DNA of 64,000 nucleotides from Selaginella moellendorffii. Lineage: Eukaryota > Plantae > Lycopodiophyta. The position numbers and the translations under genes were made by a program. Below the pieces are notes generated by a model. It saw only the letters and a program-made list of their open reading frames with translations, did no database searches and was not told the origin of the DNA. Each line of letters begins with the position of its first letter. The stretch's first letter is position 1. Where the stretch lies: NCBI RefSeq assembly GCF_000143415.4, contig NW_003314292.1, forward strand, positions 1 to 64,000. Direction: 5' to 3'. Shown piece by piece: positions 1-11,699 of the stretch.

Positions 1-664
1 CCTCATTAAAAGATTTTGGGAATTGTTTGTAAATAATAATAAAAGAAATCAAAATCTTTCGAAAGACTCAAAAGTAATATCACATTAAAGAATCAATTTT
101 TTCTACATTTCCAAGACTGAAAGGCGATCTCACATAAGAGAATGGTAGCGTGCCAAGGTGCTCTGCCACTATAATATGGTCTATATTTCCTTGTAGTTTA
201 TTTCCCTAGACATTTGGCATATGTAGAAAAGAATATATGTGTAGCAAAGTAGGATTCATCATACTGATAGAGCATGTGTATGCACGATAATCTAAAATTC
301 TAGAAGCTCTTATGTTTACAAGAAAGCTATGATTATAAAGCCCCATTTCCAAGACTGACATTTAAAGAATCTGAATATTGTCAGTGTCATAATAAATAAA
401 CCTCATTCCCAAGACTAAAACTAAGTATATAAACTATCTAAAAAAGTTATAATCATTGTAGGTTTTTTGTTCTTCTTGAGCTCCTTAGAAGTTTGTATTG
501 AAATGGCTCAAAGGAGAGCCATTGCTACTCGTACTTGGCCCCCAGCATTTCATATCAATCTCCACCTCCATCCCCAAGTTCTACCAACATTCCATTTTCA
601 CCTCCACATAACAATCCTTTTTTTACTGAGGGCTCTAGTGAAGTTGAACTAGAGCTCCCTATAT

Positions 665-1045
665 ATGAAATTCCGAATCCTACTGCTAGAGGGATTGCCT
701 CCAGCACTTCAAGAGCAATGCCACATGTTTTTGCAAGATCTTGCTCCTGACATGGCAAGACTACTTGAAAGCACAAAACGCTATTACATTCGGTGTCCAA
801 TATGCTACTTTTTCTTGGACAAGACAAATGGCTCTATGGGTTTACAAACTTTTCTTGAGCACTGTAAGAATTGCCCAACGGCAAGTCTGGAAAATGTGCA
901 CGTGTGGATGTACAATAGATTCAAGAATGAGTTACAGACACATACCCACTATTGCTTCATGGTGAGGAACAACATCCCCTTGAGAAACACTGCATTGACT
1001 AGTGCAAAATATGGGGTTTTTAGGCCACCCTATAGTGGAATGTAA
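665..1045 (+). CDS. Small Cys/His-rich MULE cargo ORF (CPIC...HCKNC, possible zinc finger), copy A
   Basis: Open 126-aa ORF, one aa different from 36502-36882(-). Function unknown; the true exon structure may differ. Confidence 0.35.
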   Translation: MKFRILLLEGLPPALQEQCHMFLQDLAPDMARLLESTKRYYIRCPICYFFLDKTNGSMGLQTFLEHCKNCPTASLENVHVWMYNRFKNELQTHTHYCFMVRNNIPLRNTALTSAKYGVFRPPYSGM

Positions 1046-4000
1046 GATCTAGAATTACTTTACTATACTATAGTATTGTCATTATTAAAAGAAAAAATAT
1101 AATAAAATGATATTAGTTGTAGGTAACATACCTTGTTCTAGAAGGTGTTATCATATCACATATAATTGTTTACAAAATGTTGAAGGAGGAGATGGCAATG
1201 CACAAGTGCTACAAAGTGATGGTGACAGGTGAGAATGATAATTTGCAATTATGATATCTGACATTGACATTGACATCTGACAATTTTATTGACATCTGAC
1301 ACTTTCACTGACATCTAACATATAACAAGCTTTCTATTTTATGTAAGGATGCAATTAACTTTCTTCTACCTCATCATCAACATAATGATTTCTTTTATAC
1401 TTCCTCTTATATTGGTATTGTGGGGAAGATTCACCTTGCATATATTGAGCTATGGCTTCTGCATAGTCAGGGAGATTTCCAAAGCCTCCAATTCTAGAAA
1501 CTCCAGGTGATTGTGATCTATAAATTAAAATTAAACATATATTGAAATTTTAATAAACATAATTTACCTCCTTGAAGTTCAAGGCAACTCACGAAATCCT
1601 CTAAGCCGGTGTTTGAAGAAATGATGTTCTTCAATAGCAAACACCGACCTACCAGAGTCACGTGCTGCCTCCACCATAGAACCACTACCTGCTGTGCAAT
1701 CAATCACAACACCATCTGGTGGGCAATAAAGCTCAAGCAAAACTTGCATTGCCGATGGAGTTCGAAATTGGTACCCTGGAAACGTGTTGCGAATCTACTC
1801 ATCCACAAGGTTGGGTATGATGTTAGTGGAACTGTCATACCCTGGCAAAACACATGCTGCACGTTCACTATCACGAAGCCCATCATGTGTATTTTTGCAG
1901 AAGGCATGATAGGTCCACATCATAACTTGGAATATAAAAATGTTTAGAAATTAGATAAAAATATAAAATACATACTCACCTTTTTAGGCTTCCCTTGGAC
2001 ACCCCTCGTATCAACACCAATAGGATCCATGATGCACTTGGAAGAGAATGACTTGAAATGAACTTTTGCTGCGCACATCATAAGCTCATACATTCAGTTG
2101 GGGTCGTTCGGTAGGATGAAGACGACATGGCCAGCTTCAAGCATAAGTGCTTCGGACAATAGGAATGCATCGCATATGTGGTCAAGTGTGAGAAAGTTCC
2201 AATCCTCAACTTTCCCATCGATATCTGAAAGACCATCTGGAAAGTCGAAGAGAATGAAGTCCGCAACTGGGAGCAAGGGCCTTTGTATCTTTCAGCACCA
2301 ACGGTTGAACTGGCGCCGTACATCCATGTTGATGTCATCTTCCATGAAAGATATCAACAATCTACTGTAAGAGCCAATGAAGATACCCACAATGCCTCGT
2401 TGTGTTATTGGGGACACAGGACAGACCTATAAAAGAGCTAAGTGAATGAAAAAAGTAATAAATAGTATGATACCGTCATATGGCATGTTGTCGATGAGAG
2501 TTCCTCCAACTCCTCTTCATGAGCATCTCGTTGAGTTGGAATGAAATTACTACCAACAGTTAATGCTGCAAAAAACATGTATTACCACCTTTAGTTTGTA
2601 AAATTCACTTTTGCTTACCTCGAGGTCAATGTGGTATTCTGTGAACCACTTGATCATCATTATTTACTGGAAGAACCTGATCCAGATCTTGGTTGTTTGA
2701 TGGTTGAACTAGAGTATGATCTTAGCTGTCTGGTGGTGGAACACAAACTTGATCTGGAGCTTCCTCATCCTCGTCTCCATTGTCACTTGCATTGCCATTG
2801 TTGCTAGCATTGACAACTTCCTCGCGATCTAGTGTAGAGGTCTCTTTCCTTAGGAGCTCCAACTCCCAAGGGCATTCTATCTTCCGTGCCTTTGGAACTC
2901 TCGCAAACATTGTTGGGTACATTCTTCCATCCCTTACACCCTTTGCAACAAGTCGAGTGCAAATTGATGCCTCAAATGGCATGCCTCTATATCGAAGATA
3001 CCTGTAAACAATATATATTAAAAAACAGTCTTAGAAATCATATTATATCTGTAAGCTACACGTCACATGAAATAAGGTTGACCATATTGGCAATCATAAG
3101 TTGTTGTGCTTGTAGACTTCTCTGGCAGCCACCCCTCTTCAATCCCTTCCAATGACGTGTTGATGTAGGTGTCGAAAGACATGAATGTGCCATCTGGATT
3201 GTCACCAATGTGTGGTGCCAAGAACTTCTCACCTTCACTTATGGTTTGTGTGATGTAAACAACCCTTCTCATCATGTTCTCAAATAGTTCTGGCAGTCCT
3301 TACTCTCTGTTCATCAAGCAGACATTGAGGAACTCCAAAGTCTCTATCTGTTGCTTATATGGAAGTTTCGATTTTGCGATATTGTAAATCATGTCATCTG
3401 GAGTTTTGTTCACTACAAAAGTAACATATGCATAATTGAGAAAAATGAAGTGAGATAAGAAACTTACATTCATGAGAAGAAATTTTGGCTATAGTCTCTA
3501 GCCACTCCTTCAGCCTGCGATTGTCTACTATGCATACTAATTTCTTCAACTTTGAGGACTTTGCATGTTGAATTTTGTGCTCAATTTGAACAAACTCAGC
3601 TGAGAGCTCTTCCCGACTCTTCTTTGGATATGCAAGTTCGTAAGCATCTTGCTTGACCCTCACCAAAGGCTAAAACCCAAAACAATTAAAAGAGGCTTTT
3701 ATAAAATAAAAGGGAAAGACATACCTTACACCACACAACGAGCATAAAATTGATTGGGTTGTTGAACTAAGTTATACCGTCATTTCGAGTGCGTGAGTGT
3801 TAAACAAATGTTGCGGGATCATCACCATAATGTTGGCGGATGTCATCCTCACTCAAGTCTGCCAAAAATCCAAGTTGCTCGATGTCATGGACAAGGTTTT
3901 GTTTTTGAACAGTGAATTGCCCAAGCCTACATTTAAACACAACAAAACAAGTTAAAGTGGAGTTAGAGGTAAACTATAAAACTTACGCATTGATCTTTTG

Positions 4001-4629
4001 GCAGGCCAAGATAAGTCTGTTGACATCCAAAGGTCCCCTCGCGTAGACATGGCCGACTGGAATGTTGATATGGTAGACGGGATCATCACGAAAATGATTG
4101 TCGATACACTTCATCCAAGCTCCATATCGGTGGTTACCGTCAATAATTTAGAACATTGTCCCCGCAAAGCTGTCGAGTCTCAGGATGTCTGATAAGCATG
4201 TCATCAAATTTTAAGGACTTGCTCCTCCAAATAGGATCCCAGCTATTCACAATCTCGGGTGTGACAGTAATGATCTCTGTTGTTCCTGGCTTGCAAAAAG
4301 AGACTAGAAACATACCGATGTTTGTTGCAAGGCCATTTTGTTTGAACAAGCTGTATATATTCGAGTTGACATACTTGGATGCTGTGCGGACAAGGTTCGT
4401 CTATTGCAAATGGCAAAGTGGGATTTCTCTGATCAAGTCACAAGGGCCTAGCCACTTGAGTGCCTCAAGTGTTTGGTGAACTACTTTTTCCCTTGTCCGT
4501 ATAACAGTCTCTTGGAAGCGCTTGTCCACCACGTTGTCAGGAAGGTCTGCAACTCTTTCAGCTCCAAGCTGTTCCTCAGGTTCCCTATCTTGAACACCAC
4601 TAAATTGCCCAACTTCAGGGATTTGCGTT

Positions 4630-4940
4630 GGTGGTGGGCCAGTGAGGAGTAAAGTTGGAGGTGCCAGTGGTGATGGTGGGGGTGGTGGTGGTGGCGGTGG
4701 CAGCGGCAGCGGAGGCAATAGTGGCAGTGGTGGTGGCAATGGTGGTGGTGGCGGTGGTGATGGTGGGGGTGGTGGTGGTAGCGGTGGCGGCGGCTGCGGA
4801 GGCAATAGTGGTAGTGGTGGTGGCAATGGTGGTGGTGGTGGTGGTGATGGCGGTGGTGGAGGTGGTGATGGAGGTGGTGGAGGTGGCGATGGCAGTGGTG
4901 GAGGAGGTGATGGTGGAGGTGATGGTGGTGGAGGTGGTGA
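4630..4940. repeat. (CCA/GGT)n Pro-coding low-complexity tract, longer than in copy B (about 32770-32920)
   Basis: Direct reading of the sequence. Confidence 0.9.
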
Positions 4941-5163
4941 ATCTTTAAGTAAATATGTCTCTGTTGTACCAATGGACATGTCGATCGTGATGTCGTCATC
5001 AGTGCCGAATTGAACTTCTCGTGTCTTCTTGGCTCCAACAACCTTTTTCTGTGTTACAATTTTCCTTTTCTGCAAGAGAAAAATTTTTTTTAGTCAAACT
5101 AAATAAAGATAATAAGAAATTCAAACAGTTAAAGAGAAAAAAAATCAAGTGGGCCTAGACTTC

Positions 5164-5434
5164 ACCTCGGGCACTTTGGTTGCCCAGGGGATCGAGGTTA
5201 TTTGAATAACCTTGGCCCCCTAGGCAGCCAAAGTGCCCGAGGTGGCCGGCCTGAGCTCGACCTTGGGCAGTTTGGCCACCCGAGGGGCCGAGGTTATTCA
5301 AATAACCTTGGCCCCTCGGCAAGCAAAACTGCTTGAGGTCTAGCATGGGCTAGCCACCTCGGGCAGTTTTGAGGGCCGAGGGGCCGAGGTTATTCAAATA
5401 ACCTCGGCCCCTCGGCCCGTAAAACTGCCCGAGG
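5164..5434. repeat. Three tandem ~80-bp GC-rich hairpins in intron 1 of the cargo gene, copy A
   Basis: CCTCGGGCA...GAGGTTATTYRAATAACCTYGG...TGCCCGAGG units. Confidence 0.85.
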
Positions 5435-5560
5435 TCGGCCCTAAAGAAGCAATCAAGAAAGAAGCAAGAGGAAAAAAATGGAAGTGGAAGCAATCAAATT
5501 GAAACTCACCCTTGGTGGCATCTTTCCTTCCCGATTTCTTGATTGTGTTGGATTTCTTGT

Positions 5561-5896
5561 GCGCTCAATCTCTCCCGCTTGCACACTGAATCTCTCCCGC
5601 TCGGGTGCTCAATCTCTCCTGCTCGGGCGCTCAATCTCTCCTACTCGCGTGCTCAATCTCTCCCGCTCGCGCGCTCAATCTCTCAGCTCGCGCGCTCAAT
5701 CTCTCCATCTCTTGCGTGCTCAATCGCTCGATCTCCTTTGCGCTCAATCCCTCGATCTCCTTCGTGCTCAATCCCTCGATCTCCTTTGTGCTCAATCTCT
5801 CGATCACTTGCGCGCTCCACTCACAGTGCGAATAGTAACCTAATCTTGGTGGCTACCCTAACCCTAATCCTGATGGCTGCCCTAACCCTAACCAAC
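5561..5896. repeat. GCGCTCAATCTC minisatellite followed by CCCTAA-like repeats
   Basis: About a dozen ~20-22-bp units, then taaccctaaccctaa. Mirrored at about 31808-32101. Confidence 0.85.
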
Positions 5897-6650
5897 TCCA
5901 TTCATTCCAAATAACCTAAATCTCAACCATCACAATATCTTTGATCTTATTTTATCTTATCATTATTATTATATGTAAATTATGCTTCTTTATTTTGTAT
6001 ATTTTAATGATGATATAACTAGCACCTATCAACATTTTTGTTATTAGAGATATGATATTATATTTTACAAATTATCTAGAAAGGATGCATTCTCATCAAT
6101 ATTTTGTACATATTTTGGAATTGTTACAAGAACTTTAAAGAGTATAAATAAGGCACGTTAAAATATGTTGTACTATATCCATCTATGAATGGATGAATCC
6201 TCATCCAGAAATTTATTTTGTGTTGTATTAGTTCCTAAACAATAGGCACATGCTTTAAATGTCATTGAGCAGTGTTCATAATTATGGATAAAACTTGAGG
6301 TGTACTACAAATCAAATCTGTCAGTGAAGAATAAGATTTGACAAGATTTATTATCATCTACCATTTAAAATTTGACAACTTGACATATCACACATATTGA
6401 CAGTCAAATTGGATCTCTTTTCTTGACACGCTATAGCAGAATGTCATTATTGATATCATTATTAACTATCAAACTTCACGTGCTGAAAATCCTTCCTTGG
6501 ATCTATGTGTATACATGCATCAAACATCATAATAGATGACAGTAATATTAATACTGTCACACTTGAACATGTTAAATTTGCTATAGAATTTAAATTCATT
6601 TTGTACGTTGTCTTCTTATTACTCTATTTAAATTTCAATTATGTTTCACT

Positions 6651-7757
6651 ATGGATTTTTACAAGTAGCATAAAGAGAGAGAACTCCAAAACCTATTGAG
6701 AAGGATGGAAAGGTTTCTTCTTCATTTTCAAGATCACCCACCTCTTTCATTCTCTCAGAGTATTGTTTTTGAAAGTTTTTTATGTCGGCGTTTTGATCTT
6801 CGTCTTGGCTCTATTTCTTTAGAGGCTGTGATTCGCAATGACACTGGTTTAGTTGCATACTCGGAGTTTCTTCTTTCTGGTGTGGGCAAGGGTGGACAAC
6901 AATGGGATTTACAGAATTCCAAGTTGAAGGAGATTCGAGTGTTTGGATCTCTAGTCAAAATGCCAAAATGCGCTCCAGCCAAAGTGAATGTGAAGCAAGA
7001 GTCAGTAGTTATCCTCTCGTCCTCTTCTAGTTCAAGTGGAAAAGTCATGCTAGTGTCGGCGCCGAATTCACCAGCTCCAGCTCCAGCTCTAGCTCTAGCT
7101 CCAACTTCAGCAATATTCAAAGCCATTAGCAATGCTTTCTAGTTTTCACACCTCTCAATCAATGTGCACTTGTTTTTGTATAGGCTTGTTAGTGAGCTTC
7201 CATCCTCCTACAATGGCAACATTTTCTTTGAGCTACCACCTCTTGTCAGCAGCACAGGTTCCAAACAGAAGGGGATGGAAACCAAGTAGGATGTCCACAA
7301 TTGGTGCAAGATCAAGACCACACACTTCCAACATTTTGAAGGCACAATGTCTATAGTTCATTATGGCGGGCATTTAGATTGTGTGGATGAAGCATGCAAT
7401 CGAGACTGCTGTAGAAACTCTATATTTTTCGAAGGGTCTGCAGTCAATCCTCTAGCCTGTGACACCATTGCTGTTGGATTCAAGTGTCGATTCTGCAAAA
7501 ATGCTCCTCTATGTCATGCTATCTGCGAGGCCAAGATGTACTACTTTCTTCCACGGGATGGAATGGCTGAAAGAGCTACAGTACATGTTGGCACACACAT
7601 GCATCCAATGCAGGAAGGGATACAAAGGAGTTCTCTCAACTGTTTCAAAGATGTTGTGCAACAAGAGACTATGAGAAATTCATCTGCAACTCCGAAGCAT
7701 ATTCAGAAGACTGTCCTCAAGGATTTTATCACAAACACCTTACTCAATCCAGGTTGC
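6651..7757 (+). pseudogene. N-terminal part of the MULE transposase (Cys/His zinc-binding region), truncated by internal deletion
   Basis: Homologous to 30050-31060(-): GGHLDCVDEAC...KCRFC...HVGTHMHP. Contains stops. Confidence 0.8.
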
Positions 7758-8114
7758 TAATAATTTTTTAAGTTTGACAAACCTGACATTTACTAGCCAG
7801 AAAGCACAGAGTACAAATTTAAAGAAGTGACAAGAATACTCTTTTTGAAAACATTTTATTTTATGTTCTAACAAACGTCCCTATCATTGCATGTAGTAAA
7901 TATTTAAAATATTTGAACAAGAAGTGTCCTTTAGAACATTTTTATCTATATAATATATAGAGAATTATGAAATTATTAAGTTCACCATAACCTTAAAATT
8001 TTAAAGTTTATAATGTTTATACTAAATTACAATTGAAAATTGAGCTCAACTCGTGAGCTCAACTCTTCAACTTGTGAGCTCAAGTATGGTCCGCGCCCCC
8101 TTGAAGCATCTACT

Positions 8115-8367
8115 NNNNNNNNNNNNNNNNNNNNNNNNNNNNNNNNNNNNNNNNNNNNNNNNNNNNNNNNNNNNNNNNNNNNNNNNNNNNNNNNNNNNNN
8201 NNNNNNNNNNNNNNNNNNNNNNNNNNNNNNNNNNNNNNNNNNNNNNNNNNNNNNNNNNNNNNNNNNNNNNNNNNNNNNNNNNNNNNNNNNNNNNNNNNNN
8301 NNNNNNNNNNNNNNNNNNNNNNNNNNNNNNNNNNNNNNNNNNNNNNNNNNNNNNNNNNNNNNNNNNN
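8115..8367. other. Assembly gap (N run)
   Basis: Run of n characters. Confidence 1.
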
Positions 8368-8441
8368 CACTTCTTGTTCTAATATTTTAAATATTTACTA
8401 CATGCAATGATAGGGACATTTGTTAGAACATAAAATAAAAT
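8368..8441. mobile_element. Fragment of the MULE subterminal region, inverted relative to the copy A end
   Basis: Matches about 13570-13643 directly and about 7850-7925 in reverse complement. Confidence 0.8.
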
Positions 8442-8446
8442 CCCAG

Positions 8447-10163
8447 GATGAAACAGAAGCAGCAAACCATCTAGCGAGGTTTCTGTTTGTTGCGGTTTCC
8501 TGTGGCGTGGTGATGTTCACTGTGATCAAGATTTTGTCCAGAACGATGCTTCATGGTACGTCTCTCGAGGTGTTCTTAAGACGATAGCAAAATCGGTGTT
8601 CTTGCAGCGTTTGTTGGGGGAAACACTGCGGTTATTCCTGCGGCCGCGTGCTACGTTGATGTAAGATCCGCAAAAGGTTTATGTTCTGAAATTATGGCTT
8701 GAGCAATGTTTCAGATTAGAGCTTTCGCTTGGCCAGCAGTGCTGGTTACGATGGTTGGGCAAGGTGCAAGGTATGTACACTCTTGATCATTCTTATCAGC
8801 CATGCAAACGTTTTAAGGTTCTTCTTCTTCTTCTTTTCCTTAGCTTGGGGATGCAGGACTCGGTAAGCCCTCTCAAAGTGCTAGCAGTCGTAAGCCTCAT
8901 CAACGCTGTAGGAGACGTCCTGCTGTGCACATTTCTTGGATACGGTATTGCTGGTGCGGCCTGGGCGACAATGCTAGTGCAGGTTCGCAAACTTATCTAG
9001 CACTTGATGATATACTTTGAAAGCTTGTTCTGATACTTTGTGCTTGCAGTATGTTGGAGGGTTCCTGATGCTAAAGTCACTGAAAGACAAGGGCTATGAT
9101 CCCCTGGCGATCAAAGTCCCTCGCATGGAAGACCTCGCTCAAATGATCAAAATAACGGGTCCGGTCCTTTTGACGATGTTGTCCAAGGTAAATGTGACAC
9201 AGCGAGCTCCAAAGCATTAACATTATATCCTGTAGGTGGCTTTTTACACAAGTATCACATTTTTTGCAACTTCACTAGGCACGGTGACTCTAGCTGCTCA
9301 TCAGGTCGATCACAACATCTTTTTCCTCGTTACTCATTTTCGCTTGACTTAGATGTCTGACAGGTTATGGTTGGGGTATTTTCATTGTTTTCGGTCTCGG
9401 GAGAACCCCTGGCTCAGACTGCACAGTCTTTCATGCCCGGACTGCTTTGTGGTGGCCAACAGAAACAGGCAAGTCTCATGCATCTCGTTTGTGTTCTTGA
9501 CGTAACTTTTCCTCCATCCTTTGCAGGCACGAAGGCTGCTACAAAAGCTCCTCGTCAGTGGTGTGGTTCTAGGAGTAGCTTCAGCGGTTGTAGGCATTTC
9601 GATTCCACAGTCTTCCTTCCGCAGCTCTTTACAAATGATTCCGCAATCATAGAAAAGGTGGGCGATGATTATCATGCTATGGAACTGATATGATACTCTG
9701 CTGCGCTGCAGATGCACACCGTCGTCACACCGTTCTTTTTCAGCATAGCGCTGACTCCGCCAGCCCTCGCTCTCGAAGGGACGCTTCTGGTATAATTTGC
9801 ATGTACTGAGATAACTATCGGGTTTAAATAACGTTGGCATTCACAGGCTAGTGGGGATTTGAATTTTCTGGGGCCTAACATGGCATTTGCTTTTGTGTGT
9901 CGAACTGTACTTATGCTGGTAAGAAAGCAAACATCACCTGGTTTAAGAATCATACACATTTGCATGAACAGGTATTTCACAAGCTTGGCTTCGGCCTAAG
10001 CAGCTGCTGGTGGACCATGGTCGTGTTTCAAATGGTAACTTCCGACACTTCTGATATGCTGCAGAGCTTCACTTTGTCTTTCTCGTTTGTTTTGTTTTAG
10101 AGCCGATTTATTGCGTCATTTTCGCGTCTGACTTCATCCAAGAACATCCTAAACAACATTTAA
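8447..10163 (+). pseudogene. MATE/DTX transporter (EDS5/DTX46-like), many short exons, 5' exons missing, apparent frameshift
   Basis: Exons encode [80 protein letters not shown] and SRFIASFSRLTSSKNILNNI*. An extra CA near 9607 shifts IP-VFLPQLFT out of frame. Confidence 0.85.
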
Positions 10164-10755
10164 GTAAGTTATTGTAAGATACACTGGATTAAGTTTGAAT
10201 AGGTACTTTCAAAACCACTATAAATTCTTGTGAATGTAAGATTACAATTTTTTTTACAATTGCTTGATAATAGAACATTGGACGGCCTCACTAATCCTTT
10301 TGCTTTCGTGTGCTCATTATGCTCTGAACCTTAGTATCTTAGTACCATCCATATAAACATTATGAAATGAGAGGTTGTCAATTAGAGCATGAGTAGATAT
10401 CTAGTTCGTGCTTATTTGGACGCTAATCCTTTTGCTCAGTGTGATTAGCCAGCCTCAAAAATGAGAGGTTTATGAGTAGATATGTAGCCATGTCTAGTTC
10501 ATTGTCAATAATATCTCAAAGTGCTAGAGGTGTATGTAAACTCAATCATAAATCAGGATATTGAGATTATAAGACAAGATTTGTATACCAATTTTTAAAT
10601 ATGATAAATTATTTAATAAACTCTATAATAATACAGAACTGGTTAACAATATTTTTACTAAGATTTTCTATTTACTAAAATAGAAATATAAAATAGAATA
10701 AATTAGAAAATTTAACACATCTAAACTAGTGAAATAGTATATAGAAATAAATAAA

Positions 10756-11178
10756 TTATGAAAATTCTAAATTAAATCTCTTCTTAGGTATAGACCATTC
10801 TCTTCCATAATGTTTATGAGTTTCAAAAATTCCATATCCAAATATATAATACTCTATATATTCAGATTCTTCATATTCACTATTACTATTTTGAACATAA
10901 ACAGAGAAACTTCTTAAATTTTCTTTATAAGGTCCATTATTAATTTTAAAATCACACCAAAATTGAGTTCGACCAATCCATCTTGTTGCAAACTTGAATG
11001 AAAATCTTTGTCTATCATTTAAATTACCTGGGTTTATATTATCATCTTTTGATGCACAAGATGGATAAATTGAGTAGCCTATTCTATTAATAATAAAAAT
11101 TTCAATAGAATTACAACTAAAAAATAATAAAAATATAATAATTATAAAAATATTTATCTTCAGCTTAAAATACTTCAT
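10756..11178 (-). CDS. S-protein homologue (plant self-incompatibility S1 family), secreted
   Basis: Signal peptide plus the CASKDDN..L..RFSFKF..TQFWC family motif; intronless. Confidence 0.8.
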   Translation of the reverse strand: MKYFKLKINIFIIIIFLLFFSCNSIEIFIINRIGYSIYPSCASKDDNINPGNLNDRQRFSFKFATRWIGRTQFWCDFKINNGPYKENLRSFSVYVQNSNSEYEESEYIEYYIFGYGIFETHKHYGREWSIPKKRFNLEFS

Positions 11179-11699
11179 CAAGAAATTTATAAGATAGATG
11201 AAATATAAATGACTTATTATGTAAAGTTGTTTTCCTTATGCTAATATATAATAAAAAAATAGTTTAATAGATATTTTTAATTTATTTTAAAATAAAATAA
11301 AACAAAATAAAAAATATATTATAAATTTATAATTAATTTCTTTTATAAATGTAAAACTTTTTTATCTTTAAAGTATTTTCTTAACTTTATAAAATTTATC
11401 TTGTTTATTTTGTTATGAAGTACTTTAGTTAATAGTAATTAATAAAGTGGTTCTTACAAATAAAGAATCAATATTTATTCATTTCATTATCTATATTTTT
11501 ATTTTTTTTAGAGTATTATTTTCTATTTATATCTAGATATCTTATATATATTCTTTAGAGAGAGAAGGATATTCAATTTAATATCAATTATATATTGATA
11601 TAAAGTAATTTGAAATATATTTATTTTTGTGTTTTCCATTTCTCAAGGGAATCCAACTTTTGCATTGTTTAAATCTCTATTTCTTTATTTCTTTCTCAA

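Larger units (their letters stand above)
1355..5521 (-). pseudogene. Multi-exon ParB/Srx-like + amino-DNA-methyltransferase-like cargo gene, copy A
   Basis: Exon 1 MPPR (5521-5510), Pro-rich exon, DGNHR at 4127-4141, DFILFDFPDG near 2235-2265, and VLLELYCPPDGVVIDCTAGSGSMVEAARDSGRSVFAIEE near 1620-1745. Contains in-frame stops and frameshifts. Confidence 0.75.
1..8100 (+). mobile_element. MULE element copy A: inverted relative to copy B, internally deleted, left part extends beyond the window
   Basis: 1-7757 is the reverse complement of about 30050-37546. 7758-8100 is the reverse complement of 13418-13738 and ends in ...GAGCTCAAGTATGGTCCGCGCCCCC. Confidence 0.9.

Noticed and set aside
4401-5075. 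Extensin/formin-like Pro-rich gene, or His-/Gly-rich ORFs in other frames
   Set aside because: It is a low-complexity exon of the TE cargo gene; the other frames are shadows of the (CCA)n tract.
5561-5816. CRISPR-like array
   Set aside because: Degenerate tandem units without unique spacers, no cas genes, and a eukaryotic context.
8101-8110. Swapped TSDs indicating an inversion between MULE copies A and B
   Set aside because: The reverse complement of the copy A flank does not match the flank at 38249.
8040-8390. ORFs spanning the N run
   Set aside because: Artefacts of the assembly gap.
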